In this document: positions 39,692 to 48,979 of the stretch, piece by piece | Layout of the letters: every line of letters starts with the position of its first letter | How positions within the stretch are numbered: the first letter of the stretch is position 1 | Origin: Alphaproteobacteria bacterium | Lineage (GTDB): Bacteria > Pseudomonadota > Alphaproteobacteria > 16-39-46 > JABJFC01 | Reading direction: 5' to 3' | Assembly: GCA_018662925.1 (NCBI GenBank) | Contig: JABJFC010000086.1 | Coordinates: 50-64,049, forward strand | DNA length: 64,000 nt | Notes under the pieces: model-generated | The model's input: the letters and a program-made list of their open reading frames with translations, nothing else | What the model was told of the DNA's origin: nothing | Database searches by the model: none | Translations under genes and position numbers: made by a program

Positions 39692-40849
39692 TCACTTCCC
39701 CTGCTTCTTGGACATGGCCTCTGGCAGACTCTCCACATAAATGGACTGACTGGGGAAAGCAAATTTAACCCCGTCTCCTTCCACAATCCCCTTTATGGCA
39801 AGCAGGCAATCTTCTTGTACCTGCATGAATTCCGCCCGTTTGACTGTTTTTATGAAAAAACTAATACGGATGTCTAAACTGCTTGCCGCAAATCCCTGGA
39901 AGTTGATGATGGTCAACACCCCCTCTGTTCTAACATCTGGATTACTAAACAAATACTTTCGAATCTTTTTGATGATTGTTTCTATTTGCTTTTTGGTGGT
40001 CCCATACTCCACTCCAATGGTTGTATTAACACGTCGGCAAGGCATCTTAGACCAATTTGTTATGGTATCATTTGCAACTACACTATTTGGAACCGTCACT
40101 AATGCTTTATCAAAAGTCCTAATTTTCGTGGATCTCATACCAACAAACTCGACAATACCTTCTGTTCCAGAAGTCTTTATCCAATCACCCTTCTTATAAG
40201 TCCTATCTAAATAGATCACGAGGGATCCAAAATAGTTTGAAACCGTATCTTTAGCAGCCAAGGCAACGGCTGCACCAGCAATCCCTAATGAAGCAACAAA
40301 AGCCGTTACGTTATAATCCCAAACATCCAAAATTAGGATAAGACCTACAATTACAATGAAGCTCTTCCAAATATGAAAAAATAGGGACTTCAAATCGAAT
40401 AAACTGCTCTTATCAAAAAGATTGCTGTGCTTGTCTAATAAATCCAAAACTGGCTTTGGCAACCGAAATAAAGCCCAAAAAAAGGTAAAGGCCGTTAACG
40501 TAACAATGCCTCGATTATCAAGTTTCACAAAAAGTCCTTGAAGCTTCATAAGCTCAAGAAAACAAAACAACCCGATAATAACGAACAAAAATTTCAACGG
40601 TGCTTCTAAAGCTCTAACCAAATCATCAACGCCCTCAAGATTCAGTTTGTGAATTTTTCTACGAAGCAATTTAAGAACAACAACTGCGAACAATTTCCTA
40701 AGTAATATAAAAAAGGAGAATACAAGGAGCGGAAGTACGATCCCCATAATATCTATTCCAAAAAAATAAAATGAATGAGACTGCATCCATTCTCCAATGT
40801 GTTGAATAACCTTTTCCATTCTCACTCCACTAACTAAATCGAATTCCAT
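39692..40849 (-). CDS. mechanosensitive ion channel, MscS family
   Basis: 385 aa; TM helices plus GIAGAAVALAAKDTVSNYFGSL pore-helix-like segment and beta domain. Confidence 0.7.
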   Translation of the reverse strand: MEFDLVSGVRMEKVIQHIGEWMQSHSFYFFGIDIMGIVLPLLVFSFFILLRKLFAVVVLKLLRRKIHKLNLEGVDDLVRALEAPLKFLFVIIGLFCFLELMKLQGLFVKLDNRGIVTLTAFTFFWALFRLPKPVLDLLDKHSNLFDKSSLFDLKSLFFHIWKSFIVIVGLILILDVWDYNVTAFVASLGIAGAAVALAAKDTVSNYFGSLVIYLDRTYKKGDWIKTSGTEGIVEFVGMRSTKIRTFDKALVTVPNSVVANDTITNWSKMPCRRVNTTIGVEYGTTKKQIETIIKKIRKYLFSNPDVRTEGVLTIINFQGFAASSLDIRISFFIKTVKRAEFMQVQEDCLLAIKGIVEGDGVKFAFPSQSIYVESLPEAMSKKQGK

Positions 40850-40917
40850 AAACTCTCATCACAATTTATATGAAAATCTAAATTTTCACCATAGCTATTA
40901 AAAAAACTCGTGTTCTA

Positions 40918-42192
40918 ATGGTACATCATGTTAGATATTCTTTACTGAGAGGGAAAATGACGAACACAACCAAAACACATGACGTTCTCATTATCGGAAG
41001 CGGACCCACTGGAGGCACACTGGCATGTGCTCTGGCCCAAGAAGGTCTCTCGGTATGTTTAGTAGATCACATTGCACCAGAAACTTTTCTCAAAGCAAGT
41101 TCGGATGGTCGCGTCTATGCTCTTTCACATGGATCGTATAACTTACTAAAATCATTAAATATTTGGAACAGCATATCAGAAAAAGCAACCCCTATTACAG
41201 ATATCAAAGTCTGTGAGGGCACCTCGGGTCCCACACTCCACTATGATCATCAATTGGTACACAAACCGTTAGGCTATATGGTTGAAGCCCCTCTTCTTCG
41301 AAAAGCTATTGTGGAAGCCATAAATTCACAACAGGCAATCCAATTTCGAGCGCCTGATCAAATTCTCTCCCTTGAGAAATCATCGACGGGCGTAATTGCG
41401 ACCCTTAAGAGTGGGCACACAATCCGTACGTCATTGGTTATTGCCGCCGATGGTCGTAATTCTAAGATTCGAGAAAAGGCCGGAATTGAATTCACAGAAA
41501 TTCCATACAATCAACACGCCTTAGTGTGCGTCGTTCATCATGAGCACCCACACAATGGGCTTGCTTATGAAAAGTTTTATGGAACAGGTCCTTTCGCTGC
41601 CCTCCCCATGAATGATGTAGAAAATAGTAAATCCAAGTTTTCCCATCGTAGCTCTATTGTCTGGTCAGATCAGCCAGAAACAATTAAGGCCTTGATGAAC
41701 TTAGATGAAAATACTCTTTCCACTCTTCTCAAAGAACGCATGGGATCATATTACGGAAATGCGCAACTGTCTGGAAAACGTTGGTCGTATCCCCTCATCA
41801 TGGGCATGACCAAATCTAGCATTGCCCAGCGGCTAGTGCTGTTAGGAGATGCTGCCCACGCCATGCATCCTGTGGCAGGCCAAGGCCTTAATCTGGGTCT
41901 TCGAGATGTGGCTGCTTTGGCAGAAACCCTTCTTGATGCCCACAAACTTGGCACAGATTTGGGAAGCTCTCTCCTTCTGGAGAAGTACGAACAATGGCGC
42001 AAAGTAGATGTCCATACACTAACGGCTTCAACCGATGGCATCGTTCGCTTTTTTTCGAATGATAGTAAGCTGCTGAAGGCTCTGGGCAGCTTTGGTTTCG
42101 GGTTGATCGACAAAATGCCTTCTCTCAAAAAGCCGCTCATGAAACACGCCATGGGTGTTATGGGAGATTTGCCCCGATCCTTAAAAGGATGA
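40918..42192 (+). CDS. FAD-dependent ubiquinone biosynthesis hydroxylase, UbiH/UbiF/VisC/Coq6 family
   Basis: N-terminal GxGxxG (DVLIIGSGPTGG); DG.NS and GDAAH..HP.AGQG motifs; likely true start at MTNTT (about 40957). Confidence 0.8.
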   Translation: MVHHVRYSLLRGKMTNTTKTHDVLIIGSGPTGGTLACALAQEGLSVCLVDHIAPETFLKASSDGRVYALSHGSYNLLKSLNIWNSISEKATPITDIKVCEGTSGPTLHYDHQLVHKPLGYMVEAPLLRKAIVEAINSQQAIQFRAPDQILSLEKSSTGVIATLKSGHTIRTSLVIAADGRNSKIREKAGIEFTEIPYNQHALVCVVHHEHPHNGLAYEKFYGTGPFAALPMNDVENSKSKFSHRSSIVWSDQPETIKALMNLDENTLSTLLKERMGSYYGNAQLSGKRWSYPLIMGMTKSSIAQRLVLLGDAAHAMHPVAGQGLNLGLRDVAALAETLLDAHKLGTDLGSSLLLEKYEQWRKVDVHTLTASTDGIVRFFSNDSKLLKALGSFGFGLIDKMPSLKKPLMKHAMGVMGDLPRSLKG

Positions 42193-42221
42193 ATTATTTC
42201 CTTTCAAACCCAGCCCCCCAA

Positions 42222-43403
42222 CTAGTGATGACTAGGAACATGCCCCATATACTTGTGAAGAATATCTAACCACTCTTCAGAATAGGACATGTTGAAAACA
42301 GCCTTGTTCAGCGCTAAACGAAGAAGACTATTTTTGGATGTAATCAGGACATAATACTGAGAGGTAAAAGAGTTAGGAAGAACCTTGAGGGTTTTGGCAT
42401 AGTTTTTCTTCACTTGGTATCTCAAAACTGGCTCCGAAAAAACAATGGCTTTTAACTTTCCAGATTCTAAGCTATCGAGCGCAGCTGGTACGGTCTTAAA
42501 AGTTTGATAATTTAGGTGCCTCTTGTCTAAATATTTTGCGCCAATACCTCCCGCTATCGTCCCAACTTCCACTCTTGATAAGTCCGATGGGCCGTAAACT
42601 TCTGGACGAAGAGCATGAGTAGTAAGAGCCCCGGCAACAGTCCCGACAAGGCTGGAAAGGATAACAACCGTACTAATCATCCATGCAACTGCTATTAATC
42701 GTCCATAAATGGTTTTGGGAGCTTCGTCTCCAATAGTAACCATTGTCACAAATGTCCACCAAAGCCCTTCACCAATACCTCTAAGGCTGCCTCCTTGAAA
42801 TGACGGATTAGCTTTTCGTTCTACTGCCCATAGCAACAAACTAAAACAAAGACATAACACAAACAACAATCCCAAAGGCTCCATGAACTTTTTAGATACA
42901 AGATGATCCTTAAGAACTGAATAAAATTTCTCATCCACCTTAGAAACGGCGATGCTTAACCCGGTCACAAAATATGGAATGGTATAATCGGAGATCAAAA
43001 GTTCCTGACGAAGGGGCGTATCACCCGCTATTATATCAAATTTTCCTGAATCTACCTCCTTCAACCCTTCCGATTCGGTCGTTTTTTCAAGAATATATTC
43101 ATATCCAAGATCTTTGCTGATGTGATCTATCAGCTCAATAGACAACCCTTCCCAATCTCCTTGCTCCGACATCATTGCAAAGGGAGCTCCTTCTACAACA
43201 CCCACTTTAAGAACTGTGGATTTCGACAATGAATTAGGCACCGCACCAGAAGACGCTGAACCAACCGTTGTTTGATCGTGCTGAATGACAGTGGAAGTTG
43301 GCTCTGTCTGGTCAGCAAAAGATGATTGGAAGCTCGCTACAAAGAATATAATTGCGAATAGTAAAAAATAAAAAGAGCGATGATTAGCCACAATTATATT
43401 CAT
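42222..43403 (-). CDS. ionotropic-glutamate-receptor-like ligand-gated channel (solute-binding lobe 1, TM-pore loop-TM, lobe 2)
   Basis: 393 aa; signal peptide; SBP-like halves interrupted by two TM helices flanking a pore-loop-like WWTFVTMVTIGDEAP; GluR0-like topology. Confidence 0.5.
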   Translation of the reverse strand: MNIIVANHRSFYFLLFAIIFFVASFQSSFADQTEPTSTVIQHDQTTVGSASSGAVPNSLSKSTVLKVGVVEGAPFAMMSEQGDWEGLSIELIDHISKDLGYEYILEKTTESEGLKEVDSGKFDIIAGDTPLRQELLISDYTIPYFVTGLSIAVSKVDEKFYSVLKDHLVSKKFMEPLGLLFVLCLCFSLLLWAVERKANPSFQGGSLRGIGEGLWWTFVTMVTIGDEAPKTIYGRLIAVAWMISTVVILSSLVGTVAGALTTHALRPEVYGPSDLSRVEVGTIAGGIGAKYLDKRHLNYQTFKTVPAALDSLESGKLKAIVFSEPVLRYQVKKNYAKTLKVLPNSFTSQYYVLITSKNSLLRLALNKAVFNMSYSEEWLDILHKYMGHVPSHH

Positions 43404-43579
43404 GCTCTTCCCCTTTGTCTCTTTTCTTTTTGAGGTCCATACGTGTGATTCTAGCAGAATTACAGAGCCATTTCATCCATGTTGTTCAGTCTGAGTGTTT
43501 AAGAATTTAATATACAGTGCCTCAAGATTCGCGTTGATGAAAATAAAACAACAAGCGAAAGTGGGAAGTTATTGTGTGA

Positions 43580-44326
43580 TCATTTCACGCACTGCTCAGG
43601 TTTTTGACATAAAACAAATATCGACACTCCAAAAGGGGGCCTTATAACTTGTGCTGACCATATATCCACAGAAAAAATACAAGTTAATATCTTATTTAAT
43701 AGAGGAGAATTGACTTGATTTTCACTCTCAATATTCACGTTTAGCCATTTTATCAAAAGACGCCCAAACCATATTGGAAAAAAAAGCATATAATTAAAGT
43801 AGAAACTCTTTTGTACTTTAAATCCAGCCTGCTCTAATAATTTCACTAGAGATTTTAAGCGATAACGACGTTTGTGCAATGAAACATCGTCTTGCTTCCC
43901 CCATAAAAAATTAAAGGCCGGAACAGTCAATAAAAGCTGTCCTCCTGACACGAGAATCCTCATGATCTCTCTCAGAGCCCGCGTATCATCCTCAATGTGC
44001 TCGAGAATATCTGTCGCAAAAATAAACTCAAATTCATCTGCCTCATAAGGAGCTTTACATATATTCCCAAGCCTCACAGGTCCAAGTCCCTTCTCTTCAC
44101 AAAAACGAATTGCGTCATTGCTCATAGCCAAACCCTCAAATCTTGTGAAGCCCTGATCCTTGAGAAGACGCAAATTTGTTCCCGTACTAGAACCAACATC
44201 TAAAACCCTCGAAGAACGTGGGAGGGAAAGCTTTTGCAAAACATTATTAAATAAATTCCGACGACCCACGAACCACCAATGGGAATCTTCCACTGAATTT
44301 TCAATAAGATAAGCTTCCTGTTTCAT
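43580..44326 (-). CDS. class I SAM-dependent methyltransferase
   Basis: 248 aa; motif I VLDVGSSTG, acidic motif II and motif III; Methyltransf_11/23-like. Confidence 0.7.
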   Translation of the reverse strand: MKQEAYLIENSVEDSHWWFVGRRNLFNNVLQKLSLPRSSRVLDVGSSTGTNLRLLKDQGFTRFEGLAMSNDAIRFCEEKGLGPVRLGNICKAPYEADEFEFIFATDILEHIEDDTRALREIMRILVSGGQLLLTVPAFNFLWGKQDDVSLHKRRYRLKSLVKLLEQAGFKVQKSFYFNYMLFFPIWFGRLLIKWLNVNIESENQVNSPLLNKILTCIFSVDIWSAQVIRPPFGVSIFVLCQKPEQCVK

Positions 44327-44497
44327 TTCCTACGACTCTTTCGAACCAACTTCCCAACAATGATATATAAACAGGTAGCATACCCTGCAACACATATTAC
44401 AGTCCTATTTCTGCTAATTCCGTAAAAGCGGCTAGATCCTTGCCCCTACCCACAAAAGATTCTTGACCTATATGTGAATTCGGGTAATGTGCCCCAG

Positions 44498-44574
44498 GGG
44501 CCTGTAGTTCAGTTGGTTAGAACGCACCGCTCATAACGGTGTTGTCGCAGGTTCGAGTCCTGCCGGGCCCACCA
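44498..44574 (+). tRNA. tRNA with CAU anticodon (Met elongator or Ile2-lysidine type), CCA encoded
   Basis: GGGCCTGTAGTTCAGTTGGTTAGAACGCACCGCTCATAACGGTG...TTCGAGTCCTGCCGGGCCCACCA folds as a cloverleaf with anticodon loop CUCAUAA. Confidence 0.8.
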
Positions 44575-44605
44575 GTATTAATGTTTTTGAAAAGATTGGA
44601 TATCC

Positions 44606-46288
44606 ATGTCAGCACCTCAATATGTGTACGTGATGAAAGACCTTCAGAAAGTATTTCCTGGTGGTCGTGAGATTATGAAAAATGTTTGGCTTTCTTTTTT
44701 GCCCGGGGCAAAAATTGGCATCATTGGAATCAATGGATCGGGTAAGACCACTTTGCTCCGGATCATGGCTGGCATAGATAAGGAATTCAATGGAGAAGCT
44801 TGGGCAGCAAAAGGGATGCGCGTTGGCTATCTCTCGCAAGAACCAGAACTCGATCCGGCCAAGGACGTCAAAGGCAACATCATGGATGGACTCGCCGAAA
44901 CTCAAGCCATCTTAGATAAATTCAATGCCGTCAGCGCGCGCTTTGCAGAAGAGCTAAGTGATGATGAGATGACGGCTCTTTTGGATGAGCAAGCAGCCCT
45001 TCAGGAACAAATTGATGCCGTAGATGGCTGGGAAATTGAACGAACTGCTGAAATTGCCCGTGATGCCCTCCGTTGCCCACCCGGAGATTCGGATATTTCC
45101 AAACTCTCAGGTGGTGAAAAACGCAGAGTAGCCCTTTGTCGACTCTTGTTACAACATCCCGATATTCTTCTCTTGGATGAACCTACTAACCACCTGGATG
45201 CAGAATCTATTGCCTGGCTTGAGCGTCACTTACAGGAATACACTGGCACTGTCGTTCTGGTGACCCATGATCGTTACTTCTTAGACAATATTACCCAATG
45301 GATTCTCGAAATAGACCGTGGCGAATGTATCCCCTATGAAGGCAACTATTCTGCCTGGATTGAAGCTAAGCAAAAACGCCTCTCTGTTGAAAACCAACAG
45401 CAAGCCGCCCAAAAGAAAGCTCTAGACCGAGAACTAGACTGGATCCGCCAATCACCGAAGGGGCGCCAAACCAAGAGCAAAGCCCGTGTTTCTGCCTATG
45501 ATACACTGTTGGCAGAATCTAAGAATATTTCGACGAAAGAAGCCCAAATTGTTATCCCGGCAGGACCTCGTTTAGGAAGCATGGTCATAGAGGCCAAAAA
45601 CATTTCCAAAGGATTTGACGGAACATCTCTTATAAATGACCTTAGCTTTCGCCTTCCCCCAGGCGGTATCGTGGGTGTGATAGGCCCCAATGGTGCTGGA
45701 AAAACGACTCTCTTTAAAATGATTACAGATCAAGAAAAACCTGATGGGGGATCCTTTGATGTGGGAGACACAGTCCAATTAGGCTACGTGGATCAGTCAA
45801 GAGATACCCTGTCTGCTGATAAATCCATTTGGGAAGAGCTGTCCAATGGCCTAGATGAAATTGAGTTGGGAAAACAGTCAGTTTCCAGTCGTGCTTACTG
45901 TTCTTGGTTTAACTTCAGAGGACCCGACCAGCAGAAAAAAGTCGGTTCCCTATCAGGGGGGGAGCGCAATCGGGTTCACTTGGCCAAGATTCTTAAGTCT
46001 GGCGCAAATTTACTATTATTCGATGAACCCACTAATGACTTGGACGTAGAAACACTTCGCGCCCTTGAAGAAGCCCTTCTCAAGTTTGCCGGTTGTGCTG
46101 TCGTTATCAGCCATGATCGGTTCTTCCTTGATCGTGTAGCCACACATATATTGGCATTTGAAGGTGACGGCCACGTTGAATGGTTCGAAGGCAACTTTGC
46201 AAGCTATGAAGAAGATAAGAAGCGACGCCTAGGAATCACTGATGAAGATCTTCGACAGGGCAAATATAAACGCCTTAAGCGTGCTTAG
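44606..46288 (+). CDS. ettA: ABC-F translational throttle EttA
   Basis: 560 aa; two ABC domains (GINGSGKTTL, GPNGAGKTTL) with an arm/linker; soluble, no TM; length and N-terminus match EttA. Confidence 0.85.
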   Translation: MSAPQYVYVMKDLQKVFPGGREIMKNVWLSFLPGAKIGIIGINGSGKTTLLRIMAGIDKEFNGEAWAAKGMRVGYLSQEPELDPAKDVKGNIMDGLAETQAILDKFNAVSARFAEELSDDEMTALLDEQAALQEQIDAVDGWEIERTAEIARDALRCPPGDSDISKLSGGEKRRVALCRLLLQHPDILLLDEPTNHLDAESIAWLERHLQEYTGTVVLVTHDRYFLDNITQWILEIDRGECIPYEGNYSAWIEAKQKRLSVENQQQAAQKKALDRELDWIRQSPKGRQTKSKARVSAYDTLLAESKNISTKEAQIVIPAGPRLGSMVIEAKNISKGFDGTSLINDLSFRLPPGGIVGVIGPNGAGKTTLFKMITDQEKPDGGSFDVGDTVQLGYVDQSRDTLSADKSIWEELSNGLDEIELGKQSVSSRAYCSWFNFRGPDQQKKVGSLSGGERNRVHLAKILKSGANLLLFDEPTNDLDVETLRALEEALLKFAGCAVVISHDRFFLDRVATHILAFEGDGHVEWFEGNFASYEEDKKRRLGITDEDLRQGKYKRLKRA

Positions 46289-46350
46289 GGGAAAATCAAT
46301 CTTGTCCTTTCTTGTGTTTCACGATAGCTTTATCGAGGAGTTTTGCAGTT

Positions 46351-46426
<76 letters not shown>

Positions 46427-46555
46427 CCCGGTCCAGGGTCCATACCGGAGAGAAAGGTAAAAGATTATACCGAAGACATGGGTAACTCATTTTCCACCAG
46501 GCTTTTGAAAAGTTTTTTCTTTCCTTTTTAGGGAATCCTGGTAAATGTTAGAACC

Positions 46556-47125
46556 ATGATTAAGTCACTATATCTTTACCTTCTGGGCCTATCTCCCTTT
46601 TTGAAAGGAACATACATCGGAGGGCTTTTCTTAGGCGCTCCTCTAATGGGGATGCCCATTACGGGATTGGTGTATTTGTCAGCTCTCTTTTTTAGCTTTT
46701 GGACTGGCTTGGCAGTGGCCTTCCTTGGATATTTTGCTAGCACTATCCTCTATTACGAGATGGCTCAGAAAATATCTAAAATTAAGTTTGTCGAAGCCAG
46801 GTTAGAGAGAATAATCAATCGTCTCCCAAAAATGATTAAAAATCCCGATACGGTTACCATTGCGCTGTCAGCCATGATTTTTCCCTTCTTGTTTATGGTG
46901 CTCAGCCTTGGGCTCATGAAACAAGACCGATTGAAAGCCTATACAGGGATTTATCTTGGAGGTCTTCCCGCCTTTATTATTGCCTATCAAGCAGGTGCCA
47001 TCGGTCAAAATTTTGTTCTAGAATATAACCAAACTCGATTGATTCTTTCCGGTATTCTCATTACGGTATGCCTTGCTGTACATTTCCTTTTCGTACGACG
47101 TGCAAAGAGAAAGTTCAATGTTTAG
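46556..47125 (+). CDS. small polytopic membrane protein (4-5 TM), putative lipid-linked sugar flippase-like partner of the downstream GT2
   Basis: 189 aa, hydrophobic; stop overlaps the GT2 start by 8 nt (ATGTTTAG), implying translational coupling. Confidence 0.35.
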   Translation: MIKSLYLYLLGLSPFLKGTYIGGLFLGAPLMGMPITGLVYLSALFFSFWTGLAVAFLGYFASTILYYEMAQKISKIKFVEARLERIINRLPKMIKNPDTVTIALSAMIFPFLFMVLSLGLMKQDRLKAYTGIYLGGLPAFIIAYQAGAIGQNFVLEYNQTRLILSGILITVCLAVHFLFVRRAKRKFNV

Positions 47126-47861
47126 AAAAATTTACTTCCTCCTTCCCGTTTACAATGAATCCAAAAGCATCCATGACCTGCTCCTTAATATTGATGCTTT
47201 TTCTCAAACCATTTCCCCTTCAGTGGAAAGCATCGTGATCGACGACTGCAGCAAAGACGATTCCAAAAAATGGATTCAGAAAGCAAAAAATAATTTGAAA
47301 AATATCACCCTTACAGAAATTTTTCATACTGAAAATCAAGGACTTAGAGGCGCCCTAAATTCAGGGTTCGCTCATCTTTCAAATCAAGTCTCTCACGATA
47401 CAGCGGTGATTACGATGGATGGGGATAACACCCACAACCCATATTTGGTCCGGGAAATGATAGAGAGACTAGAGCAAGGGGCCGACATGGCTATTGCATC
47501 TCGGTACTGCCCTCAATCGCGCATTAGTGGTCTTCCCAAACACCGTATATTCCTCAGCCAGGGAGCCCGACTTTTGTACAAAATATTTTGGCGAATTCCC
47601 GGTGTGAAGGACTATACCTGCCTGTTCCGTGCTCATTCAGGAGAGCTCCTGAAAAAGTTCTATAAATGTACACCTGCACCTTACTTGGAAGAAAAAAGTT
47701 TTGCCTGTACCACAGAATTGCTAGCCAAGTTAAATAAGGCTGCCCCCACCATTGTGGAGGTCCCCATGATTCTCAAATACGGGAACAAGTTTTCTGCCTC
47801 TAACGTGCAACTGGGAAGAACCATTTTGTCCTCCCTCCAAATTCTGACGCGTAAAGCTTAA
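47118..47861 (+). CDS. GT2 glycosyltransferase (polyprenyl-phosphate sugar synthase type, DPM1/GtrB/ArnC-like)
   Basis: Motifs PVYNES, IVIDDCSKDDS, DGD; about 247 aa from the ATG at 47118 (the ORF track starts earlier, at 47073). Confidence 0.75.
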   Translation: MFRKIYFLLPVYNESKSIHDLLLNIDAFSQTISPSVESIVIDDCSKDDSKKWIQKAKNNLKNITLTEIFHTENQGLRGALNSGFAHLSNQVSHDTAVITMDGDNTHNPYLVREMIERLEQGADMAIASRYCPQSRISGLPKHRIFLSQGARLLYKIFWRIPGVKDYTCLFRAHSGELLKKFYKCTPAPYLEEKSFACTTELLAKLNKAAPTIVEVPMILKYGNKFSASNVQLGRTILSSLQILTRKA

Positions 47862-47863
47862 CC

Positions 47864-48979
47864 ATGAAAATTTTGACAGTTTTTGGCACGCGGCCTGAAG
47901 CCATTAAACTCGCACCAGTGATTCATCAGCTTCAAGCAACCCCTGGCATCCAAAATGTGACTTGCAATACAGGGCAGCACACCACCATGGTAGATCAAGT
48001 CATTCAGATTTTTGGACTACGTTTGGATTACGATTTGCAACTCATGCAACCCAATCAGACTCTCCCTCAACTTTCCCAACGGGTTTTAGAAAAATTCACC
48101 CCTATTCTAAAAAAAGAAAAGCCTGATTACATCCTAGTCCAAGGAGATACGACAACGGTATTTATAACCAGTTTAGCTGCTTTTTATGAACAAATACCCG
48201 TTGCCCATTTAGAAGCCGGACTTCGCTCAGGAGACCTCTATTCTCCCTGGCCTGAAGAAGCTAACCGCGCCCTTACATCTGTCTTAGCAAAAGTTCATTT
48301 TGCCCCGACAGAACCCGCTCGTGAAAATCTGCTTAAAGAGAATGTCCCAGCAGATACAGTCCTCGTAACCGGAAATACGGTTGTAGATGCGCTCCTCTTT
48401 ACAAGTAAAAAAATAGATATGGATTCTGTTCTACGGCAGAAATTAGAACAAATGCTGCCTCCCATAAATCCCAAAAAGAGAACAATCTTAGTCACCTTAC
48501 ATCGTCGGGAAAGCCATAGTGGTGGCATAGAAAACGTATGTAATGCCCTCAAAGAATTGTGCCGACGCCCAGATGTGGAAATTATCTTTTCAGTGCATCC
48601 CAACCCCAATGTTCAAAAAACAGTGGAAGAAACATTGGGTGGGCTTTCAGCTGTCAAACTCATACAACCACCACACTACGAAGCCTTTGTATATCTTATG
48701 AAGCACGCCTATTTGATTTTAACTGATTCGGGAGGCATTCAAGAAGAGGCTCCCTCATTAGAAAAACCGGTCCTCGTTGCCCGAGAAAAAACAGAACGGC
48801 CTGAAGGGATAAAGGCTGGCTGCAGCATTCTTGTCGGCACAGAAACCCAGAACGTGTTGGAAATGATCCAACGCTTTCTAGACGACAAAGAATATTACAC
48901 CCAATTCGCAAAAAGTAAAAATCCCTATGGCGACGGGAATGCCTCTAGTCGAATTGCAAAATTCTTCGCACAATCATGA
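47864..48979 (+). CDS. wecB: UDP-N-acetylglucosamine 2-epimerase (non-hydrolysing)
   Basis: 371 aa; MKILTVFGTRPEAIK, HLEAGLRS and DSGG motifs characteristic of WecB/MnaA. Confidence 0.85.
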   Translation: MKILTVFGTRPEAIKLAPVIHQLQATPGIQNVTCNTGQHTTMVDQVIQIFGLRLDYDLQLMQPNQTLPQLSQRVLEKFTPILKKEKPDYILVQGDTTTVFITSLAAFYEQIPVAHLEAGLRSGDLYSPWPEEANRALTSVLAKVHFAPTEPARENLLKENVPADTVLVTGNTVVDALLFTSKKIDMDSVLRQKLEQMLPPINPKKRTILVTLHRRESHSGGIENVCNALKELCRRPDVEIIFSVHPNPNVQKTVEETLGGLSAVKLIQPPHYEAFVYLMKHAYLILTDSGGIQEEAPSLEKPVLVAREKTERPEGIKAGCSILVGTETQNVLEMIQRFLDDKEYYTQFAKSKNPYGDGNASSRIAKFFAQS

